Positions 57,123 through 64,000 of a DNA stretch of 64,000 nucleotides are shown piece by piece (positions within the stretch are counted from its first letter, which is position 1; every line of letters begins with the position of its first letter). Made by a program: the position numbers and the translations under genes. The notes beneath the pieces were generated by a model, which was given only the letters and a program-made list of their open reading frames with translations, was not told where the DNA came from and did no database searches. The DNA lies in assembly GCA_963666055.2 (NCBI GenBank), contig CAXWPH010000015.1:928001-992000 (forward strand). The letters run 5' to 3'. This DNA comes from Acidobacteriota bacterium (GTDB taxonomy: Bacteria > Acidobacteriota > UBA890 > WLXD01).

Positions 57123-57448
57123 GCTTCACCTCCGAGCCCATTATCGGGCTTCCAAAGGTGTCCGGGAAATCGGGGGAGGCCCAGTGCTGGCTCCCAACGA
57201 CTCCGCTGCCCAAGCACCGGCCTCCATGAGCATGCGTACCTGTCGCCAGTGTTGACTGCATAGCGGCCACTTCTGCGCCGAGCGCTTGCAGCGCTCCCCA
57301 CGGCTGCGTTATCGCAACGCACCGCTTTCCTGACTTGAGGCGCATAGCTACGCCTTCCGTCGGAACCAACCAGGCAGCGACGCGGGCGACCGCCCTGCCC
57401 GGCACCATCGGCCACGTAAGGTCCCCCACGAAGCCCTCGGTGAAAGTC

Positions 57449-58666
57449 TCATTCCCGCCCAGCGATTTCGATCAAGGTGCCGAGGTTCTGGGTGCTGTTC
57501 ATCGCTGTCCTGATCTCACCGCTAATTTGTTCGGCAGCCTCACGCACCGGCTCGATACCTACGTGCGCATAGCGTTCCGTGCTGGCCGCTCGCCGATGCC
57601 CTAACACCTTCCCCACCAGGAGAAGGGAAAGCCCGCTGCTCGCACCCCAAGCGCCAACGGTGTGTCGAAGATCGTGAATCCGGACACCCGAAAGACCGGC
57701 GAGTTTCTTCACCCGGCGCCAGGGACGAGCCAGGTCGGTCAGATGCTGGCCAGAGCGTTGGCCTTGAATGACCCACGGGTTCCCGGGGCTGCGCGGGATG
57801 GTGTCCAAGAGCTCTAATACAGGGGAAGTGAGTGGAAAGAACTTCTCCCCGGTCTTGGTATCCGGGAGCCTCCCGAGGTTAAGCTCGAAGTCAAGGTGCT
57901 CCCAGCGCAACGCGAGGATCTCGCTTACCCGGCAGCCAGTGAACAACAGGAGGCGAAGCGCAGCAGCAGCGTGAACGGAAACACGGCCGTCGCTCTCCAG
58001 TTCTTCTATTGCGTCGCCGAGTCGCTGAATCTCGGCACGACTCAGGTACCGAGTCCGAGGCTGCTCCGGGTAACGCCGCACGCCGTTACATGGGTTGGAA
58101 CCGGGCGCGCGTAGCCCTCGGTGCTCGGCGGTCGTCAGTAAATTGGAGAGCAGGAAAAGCGCGCGATTCGCCGCGTAAGGTGTCGCCTGGAGTCCTCGGT
58201 GAAAGCGTCGTACGTCGGCTGTCTCTAGCGCCTCAGGGCGTAGGCGTCCGAATGCCGGTACAAGGTGCGTCGTCAGCAACTGCCGATAGGCACGAGCCGT
58301 GGAGGGCTTTCGCTTCGCTGACACTTCAGCCATGTACTCGATGGCTAGGTCTGCGATCGTCACGTGCCGCGCGTTCCGGCGCTGGCTAGCCTCCCGCGGA
58401 TCCTCCCCGTCGCTCACTTGTACACGCGCGCGCATGGCTCGCTTGCGTGCCTCGCTGACCGTGAGCGGTCCGTAGTCGCCGAGCGTGAGCCATCGGCCGC
58501 GGCCCGCCAGCGTGTACTTGAAGACGAAAGTCTTACGGCCCGACGGATAGACGCGCACGCCGAATCCCTTGACGTCGCGATCCCACCCTCGACAGGTACT
58601 TCCTCGCGCCGCAGGCCCGTGAGCGTCTACGGTGACAGGGTTCCTTCTCCGATCCCCCCGGCCCAC
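57449..58666 (-). CDS. tyrosine recombinase/integrase with N-terminal arm-DNA-binding domain
   Basis: WD..VKGFGVRV..SGRKTF; catalytic R (GCRVSE), K (TKTG), HDLRH, LGH, RYAH all present. Confidence 0.92.
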   Translation of the reverse strand: MGRGDRRRNPVTVDAHGPAARGSTCRGWDRDVKGFGVRVYPSGRKTFVFKYTLAGRGRWLTLGDYGPLTVSEARKRAMRARVQVSDGEDPREASQRRNARHVTIADLAIEYMAEVSAKRKPSTARAYRQLLTTHLVPAFGRLRPEALETADVRRFHRGLQATPYAANRALFLLSNLLTTAEHRGLRAPGSNPCNGVRRYPEQPRTRYLSRAEIQRLGDAIEELESDGRVSVHAAAALRLLLFTGCRVSEILALRWEHLDFELNLGRLPDTKTGEKFFPLTSPVLELLDTIPRSPGNPWVIQGQRSGQHLTDLARPWRRVKKLAGLSGVRIHDLRHTVGAWGASSGLSLLLVGKVLGHRRAASTERYAHVGIEPVREAAEQISGEIRTAMNSTQNLGTLIEIAGRE

Positions 58667-58789
58667 GGGCTAGAAGCCTGGTTCATCCGCAGAGGCTCGG
58701 CCGGACCGGCAAGATGCACTATGTGACGACGGGCTAAGCACCACAGCGATGTAGCGTAGCGTCGGGTCCGGCGCTATAACTCTGCAACC

Positions 58790-60289
58790 ATGACAAGACT
58801 CGGGATCTGCCTGGTCGTCGTATCGTTAGCGCTCGTGTCGCCATCGGGTAACGCCACCGGACAGCACGCTGGCCGCCACCGCCTGATCGGAACCGGTGAG
58901 CTGATCGCTCCGAACGGTCAGGGACGATGGCAGGGGTTCACGTCGGAGCTGTCGCCCGAACAGCGTGCCACGCTTGGCTCCGACATCACCGCGGCCGAGT
59001 ACGCGAGGGTCCACGCTGCGCTCGACGCGTACGAGCGCACCTACGGGTTGCCGCCGGCAACCAAAACTGACATCTCGACCCGCTACCCCTTTTACCCGCA
59101 GGCCGGGGTGCACGAAGGCGACCTGTTCTTTTCTGGCTTCGTCGACCTGGACCCGACTCAAGGAGATGCCGCCATCTTGGATTGGAATTGCACCGACTAC
59201 ACCTATGATGGGCACCAGGGACACGACTCTGACGTGCGGAGCTTCGCGTTCCAGGACATCGGGGTGCCGATCTACGCGGCGCTGGACGGACGCGTGGTCG
59301 CTGCTCAGGACGGTAATTCCGACCGCTCGACGACGCTGACGTACAAGCCCGCCAACTACGTCATCATCAGCCACGGCGGCGGTCAGCTGTCGCTGTACTG
59401 GCACATGCGCAAAGGCAGCGTCGCGGTCAAGATGGGTGATGACGTCGTAGCCGGGCAGAGCATCGGCATGACGGCCTCGAGCGGCTACAGTTCCGGACCG
59501 CACCTGCATTTCGAGACCTGGGTGAATCGGGTTGCTACCGAGCCGTTCGCAGGCCGCTGCAACCCGGGCGCCAGCGGCTTCGTCAAGCAGCTCAAGTTCA
59601 AGCGCAACACCTACCTGTTCGACGCCGGGATCACCCACGAAGAGCTCCGCACGCTGGCCGAGGACAAGCTACCGCCCGAGCAATTGCCCTCGTCGGGCCA
59701 GTTTCAGACCGACGATGAATGGCTCTACATCTGGTTCCTGCTGCAGAACCTACCGGCCAACAGTACCCAGCGGGTGGTGTTCCGGCGGCCCAATAACTCC
59801 GTCGCGTTGGACACTGGCGCGCGTAAGCTCGGCAACATCGAGTTTTCCCACCAAAGCTGGTGGAGGCAGCGCTGGATCGTCAACGGCATGCGCGTCTTCA
59901 CCGGCACCTGGAAACTCGAGCTGCACGTCAACGGCAAGAAGCTCGCCACGATGCCCTACGAGGTCATGACCAAGCGAGATGCTGACCTGAACCGGGCGCC
60001 GGTGGCGCTCAAGAGGGTCAGGTTTCGCAACAAGCCGAAGGCCCGCAGAGTGCCGTTGTGCGAGATCAAGTACCCGCTGGTGACCGACGACCCCGACTAC
60101 GACGTCGTCTCGTACCAGTACGTATGGAAAGTAGACGGCAGGGTCGTACGCGACGTCACCATCGCAGCGCACTCCGACGCCCTCGCCACCGACCTGTTCA
60201 CCAAGGGCGACCGCCTAGAGTGCACCGTGACGCCGACGGACGGCGATCTGCAGGCGGCCAGCAAGTCGGTCCGCTCCACGGTGAGGTAG
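58790..60289 (+). CDS. secreted M23 family metallopeptidase with C-terminal beta domains
   Basis: Signal peptide; YDGHQGHD, YAALDG, Y.HM, GPHLHFE. Confidence 0.88.
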   Translation: MTRLGICLVVVSLALVSPSGNATGQHAGRHRLIGTGELIAPNGQGRWQGFTSELSPEQRATLGSDITAAEYARVHAALDAYERTYGLPPATKTDISTRYPFYPQAGVHEGDLFFSGFVDLDPTQGDAAILDWNCTDYTYDGHQGHDSDVRSFAFQDIGVPIYAALDGRVVAAQDGNSDRSTTLTYKPANYVIISHGGGQLSLYWHMRKGSVAVKMGDDVVAGQSIGMTASSGYSSGPHLHFETWVNRVATEPFAGRCNPGASGFVKQLKFKRNTYLFDAGITHEELRTLAEDKLPPEQLPSSGQFQTDDEWLYIWFLLQNLPANSTQRVVFRRPNNSVALDTGARKLGNIEFSHQSWWRQRWIVNGMRVFTGTWKLELHVNGKKLATMPYEVMTKRDADLNRAPVALKRVRFRNKPKARRVPLCEIKYPLVTDDPDYDVVSYQYVWKVDGRVVRDVTIAAHSDALATDLFTKGDRLECTVTPTDGDLQAASKSVRSTVR

Positions 60290-60546
60290 GCGAATGCGCG
60301 AAGGGTAACGCGTCCTGAAGCGAAATCCTCTGGGAGCAACCCGCGGCCAGAAAGAAGGCGGGAGGAACCGTCGACGAAAGAGGATTACCTCGGAGAATCG
60401 CACCAGGCTCAGCCCTGTTGACACCGGACCAGCGACGAAATGTTAGATGGATGTTAGATCGCTGAACGTTCAGCTTGGAACGTGAGTGTCGAGATCCGGC
60501 CTTTTGTCGGACGGATCTCCTTTGTACAGAGGTAGGTTGCGTGGAG

Positions 60547-60599
60547 TGCCCAAGGAGGGACTTGAACCCCCACGGGCCGAGGCCCACTAGATCCTGAAA
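60547..60599 (-). other. 3' half of tRNA-Leu(CAG): integrative-element attachment site
   Basis: Minus strand TTCAGGATCTAGTGGGCCTCGGCCCGTGGGGGTTCAAGTCCCTCCTTGGGCA (anticodon loop, variable arm, T arm, acceptor 3' strand); 5' half absent. Confidence 0.8.
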
Positions 60600-60763
60600 C
60601 CGATCCGGCCATTTTCGGCTTGTTCCCGCTAGATACCGCTGGATCTCGTAACGTAATTTGTTTCAGTAGTTTAGGAACAGTTTGAACTGCGCGCTCTTAC
60701 CGCTGGCTACGCCTACTTACGGCTGGGATGGTTACCTTTTTGTTACCCGCGGCGGGAGTACAG

Positions 60764-61040
60764 TCAGGCGTCCTGGCCGCCCACAATGCGCAGTTCTGGG
60801 CGTCCTGTCGGCACGACGGCATCGAGCCGCTTCATAGCCTCCGTGCTGGTTGCTTCGAATAAGTGGCCATAGGTGTCCATTGTGAAGGCGACGGACGAGT
60901 GCCCCATCTGACGGCTGACGTACTTCGGGTTCTCGCCGTTTCGGATGAGTAACGACGCGTACGTATGCCGCAGTGAATGAAGGCCGATCGACGGTGGTAG
61001 TTCCGCGTCGTATCGGATCTGTGCGAACCGGCGACGGTAC
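60764..61040 (-). pseudogene. tyrosine integrase C-terminal remnant cut by IS
   Basis: LHSLRHTYAS...VSRQMGHS...TMDTYGHL. Confidence 0.88.
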
Positions 61041-61074
61041 TGACCTGACCCCACGGTTAGTACCACGTCTTATC

Positions 61075-61968
61075 TCAGTAACTCGGTGCTGACAAGGGGT
61101 TGTTGAGGCCGGCGAAGCGGAGCGTAGCCGGCTTCAACAACAGCGCCTCCGGGGCCGGTGGTCGGTAGCCCAACGAGCTGTGCGGTCGCATGCGGTTGTA
61201 CTGCTGCCTCCATCTCTCGATCAGAACCTTTGCCTCCTTGAGCGTGTAGAAGATCTCGCCGTTGAGCAGCTCGTCTCGGAGCTTGCCGTTGAAGCTCTCC
61301 ACGTAGCCGTTCTCCCACGGCGAGCCCGGCTCGATGAACAGCGTGCCCACACCGAGCCTACCGAGCCAGTCGCGAACCGCCTCGGCGGTGAACTCCGGTC
61401 CGTTATCGGACCGGATGTGCTCAGGTATGCCCCGGTGCACGAAGAACCACCCGAGCCGCTCGAGCACGTCCTCACAGTTGAGCTTCCGTGCCACGTCGAT
61501 CGCCAGGCTTTCTCGTGTGTACTCATCGACGATCGTCAGCAGCCTCATAGCCCGACCCTCGTGCGTCCGGTGATGGACGAAGTCATACGCCCAGACGTGA
61601 TCTTTGCGCTGTGGTCGCAGCCGGATGCACGAGCCATCGCTGAGCCACAGCCGGGCTCGTTTGGGCTGCTTTGTCGGTACTTTCAGCCCCTCACGCCTCC
61701 AGATACGCTGCACTCGTTTGTGGTTCACCCACCAGCCCTCCATACGCAACAACGCCGTCACTCGCCGATACCCGTAGCGCCCGTATTGTCGGGCTAGATC
61801 CACGATCCGCTCCGTCAACATCTGCTCATCGCCCGGTTCTGTTGGCATGTACCTGTGTGTCGTGCGTGGTTGTTTCAGTACCCGGCACGCCCGCCTCTCG
61901 GAGACGCCCAGCCGCCCCCGTACATGCGCCACCGCCTCGCGCCGTCGAGCTGGGCTCAGAAGTTTCCC
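61075..61968 (-). CDS. IS3 (IS407-like) transposase OrfB
   Basis: [41 protein letters not shown]. Confidence 0.92.
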   Translation of the reverse strand, partial: GKLLSPARRREAVAHVRGRLGVSERRACRVLKQPRTTHRYMPTEPGDEQMLTERIVDLARQYGRYGYRRVTALLRMEGWWVNHKRVQRIWRREGLKVPTKQPKRARLWLSDGSCIRLRPQRKDHVWAYDFVHHRTHEGRAMRLLTIVDEYTRESLAIDVARKLNCEDVLERLGWFFVHRGIPEHIRSDNGPEFTAEAVRDWLGRLGVGTLFIEPGSPWENGYVESFNGKLRDELLNGEIFYTLKEAKVLIERWRQQYNRMRPHSSLGYRPPAPEALLLKPATLRFAGLNNPLSAPSY

Positions 61969-62234
61969 TCCGCGACTTCCTTCAGGATCGACAGGTCGAG
62001 CTCTTTCTCCGCCACCAGTTTCTTGAGCCGGGCGTTTTCTTTCTCCAGCTGCTTGAGCCTTCTGGCCTGGTTGACCTTCAGCCCCCCCTACTCCCGCCGC
62101 CACCGATAGTAGGTGTGCTCGGTGATCGCTAGCTTGCGGCAGGCATCCTTGACCGTCCCGCCTTGCGCCAGCTCCACTTCAGCCTCCCGGAGCTTGCGTA
62201 CGATCTGCTCGGCGCTGTGCCTCTTCGTCGGCAT
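61956..62234 (-). pseudogene. IS3 (IS407-like) OrfA with premature TAG
   Basis: [19 protein letters not shown]...[31 protein letters not shown]; TAG at 62088-62090. Confidence 0.85.
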
Positions 62235-62303
62235 TCTGACCTCCCCTTTTCGACCCAGATCGTGAGATTACCTCTGGATCCGTTTTGGGGGGTCAGGTCA
62301 AGG

Positions 62304-62793
62304 CCTTGGAGCAACGCCGTCCCGGTTCCGGAGTGCTCCATCACAGCGACCGCGGCAGCCAGTACAGCAGCGACGATTACCTAGACAAGCTGCGTGACCG
62401 TGGCTTCACCATCAGCATGAGCAGGAAAGGAGACTGCTGGGATAACGCGCCGATGGAGAGTTTCTTCTCTACCCTGAAGTTCGAACTCGGTGGCTGCTTC
62501 AGTTCCCGGGCGGCGGCCCGAGCCGAGTTGTTCCACTACATCGAAGTGTTCTACAACCGGGCTCGCATGCACACCTCGATCGGAGACCAGAGTCCGGCTC
62601 AGTTCGAGGCGGCAATGCGGCGGCCAGGCCAGAGCGGCCAATCAGCTGTGGAAGCTGACGCGCCCGTGGAAATCGACTCCCGATTTCCACCGTCGCTTGG
62701 ACAACGCTCCGCGTTGCCAACAGCTCCCACAGCCGCTACTACGACTACGACAATGGATCTTAACTAAGTGTCCGGGAAAGCGGGGCAAGGTCA
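62304..62793 (+). mobile_element. truncated, inverted second copy of the 55812-57183 IS3 element (3' orfB and IRR)
   Basis: Near-identical to the reverse complement of 55812-56301; one visible coding change (QLE vs QFE). Confidence 0.9.
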
Positions 62794-63233
62794 GACCGAC
62801 CCACGACGTGCGCGCTTGTGCCTTTGGCAACCCTTACCCCCTTAGGCGTTGCACAAAAACTTACGAGATTCTGCGCCGTCCTCACCCGTTAGCGATGGTC
62901 TCGGCGGAGAACCTACAGCCCCCGGCACCCCCTCCCCTCGTCATCGGTCCGGCTCCCGTTGCGCGTGCTGTCGCAGTCGGTCGGTTCCGGCGCGAACCCG
63001 AATCGGTGCCGGCCTTCGAACTCGGGCTCCTCAAGTTCGATCATCGCCACACCCCATCCATCCTCGGGTGTTACGCCCAACGCAAGCCGACCTACGGGGC
63101 TGCGTCCGTGAAGGTACGCAGGAATACGTTGCGGTAACCTAAGTAGAAAATAAGTGGGCGCCGCTGTTGGACCATGCCAACAGCTTGCCCTTGATCCTCC
63201 TAGTCCATTGATTAATAAGGACTTGTCTGGAAG

Positions 63234-63308
63234 TAGCCCTAAGGGGATTTGAACCCCTGTCTCCGCCTTGAGAGGGCGGTGTCCTTGGCCAGGCTAGACG
63301 ATAGGGCC
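63234..63308 (-). tRNA. tRNA-Glu (anticodon CTC), CCA not encoded
   Basis: GGCCCTATCGTCTAGCCTGGCCAAGGACACCGCCCTCTCAAGGCGGAGACAGGGGTTCAAATCCCCTTAGGGCTA folds as a full cloverleaf. Confidence 0.95.
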
Positions 63309-63396
63309 ACAGGTCAGGCAGCTGTCAACGGTAGCGAGCAGGCGCAGCTACCGCAAGCCGGTTCTTGCTACGCGGGCAGGATGCGACGGTGGGGTC

Positions 63397-64000
63397 TCAG
63401 GCGCCTGCCTCCAGCATCCGCAGGATCTTGGCTGCGGTGGCCCCGAGCGGGATCTTGGCCATCTGTTCGCGTGTGAACCAGTCGCGCTCGGGTGTGCTGA
63501 CAGGGGCCGCGTGGTCGGTTGCGATGCTCACCGTCTCGGGGCGGTAGACGTGGCAACGGATGCGGCGATTGGTGATGCCGTGGCGGATCTCGCCGATGGG
63601 CTCGAGGTTGCGGATGTGGATCCCGATGCTGTGCAGGTGATGTTGCAGCGCCCGCGCGACCGGGTCGTCGGTGGACGCAGGACGGGTCGCGGTGAGATCG
63701 TCGGGCGGTGCCGCAGCGGCGACAATCTGCTCACCGATGCGTGAGTCCAGCGTGGGGAACTCCCACATGTCCGCCAGCGTTCCGGGCCGCTGCCCGCGCA
63801 GCAAGAGGAAGCGGCCGTCACGCTCGATTACCGCGGCACCCTCCTCGACGGCTCGCACCTTGCGCTGGGTGCGAACCGGGAGGAGCTCCTGTGTCTGCTC
63901 GGCGGCTGCAACGCAAGCGTCGCCGAGCGGGCAAGCATCACAGCGCGGCGCCCGCGGGGTGCACAGGCGGGCGCCGAGCTCCATGAGCGCTTGGTTGAGC
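63397..64000 (-). CDS. mutY: A/G-specific adenine glycosylase MutY, 3' part
   Basis: NQALMELGARLCTPRAPRCDACPL...C Fe-S motif; WEFP; RHGIT. Confidence 0.9.
   Translation of the reverse strand, partial: LNQALMELGARLCTPRAPRCDACPLGDACVAAAEQTQELLPVRTQRKVRAVEEGAAVIERDGRFLLLRGQRPGTLADMWEFPTLDSRIGEQIVAAAAPPDDLTATRPASTDDPVARALQHHLHSIGIHIRNLEPIGEIRHGITNRRIRCHVYRPETVSIATDHAAPVSTPERDWFTREQMAKIPLGATAAKILRMLEAGA

Larger units (their letters stand above)
55812..57183 (-). mobile_element. IS3-family insertion sequence (orfA/orfB)
   Basis: Ends TGACCTTGCCCCGCTTTCCCGGACAC / GTGTCCGGGAAATCGGGGGAGGCCCA (TG...CA). Confidence 0.92.
61041..62300 (-). mobile_element. second IS3-family element (IS407-like)
   Basis: Both ends read TGACCTGACCCC; orfA/orfB with GGGAAAC frameshift site at 61962-61968; no flanking direct repeat. 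Confidence 0.9.

Noticed and set aside
60547-60640. Complete tRNA-Leu gene
   Set aside because: D arm, 5' acceptor strand and 5' anticodon stem are missing

Overview
GC-rich bacterial chromosomal window (gene repertoire suggests an Acidobacteriota-like organism; this is inference only). About 1-52 kb is mostly core genes: an Rrf2/sufC Fe-S locus, a PP2C-NHL-PEGA/PDZ operon, an EF-G paralogue, ompA-lspA-lgt-rluA, a large futalosine-pathway menaquinone cluster (ubiA-like, ubiX, ubiD, mqnE, mqnA, mqnC, mqnD; ubiE/menG elsewhere), kynU-like, alkA/fur, GGDEF/HD-GYP, pabABC, pcm and a Ser/Thr kinase. About 52.7-63.2 kb is a decaying island next to tRNA-Glu(CTC), with one IS5, two kinds of IS3-family elements, two tyrosine integrases, a tRNA-Leu att fragment, an MFS pseudogene and an M23 peptidase. 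The best findings are (1) a hidden selenoprotein: two ORFs in the track (36099-36776 and 36840-37097) are one lipoprotein-TPR-thioredoxin gene with an in-frame UGA in a UxxC active site, followed by a SECIS-like hairpin; and (2) an unannotated family of short CTAG-bounded MITE-like repeats dispersed at gene junctions. All calls come from reading motifs by eye; no database search was run.
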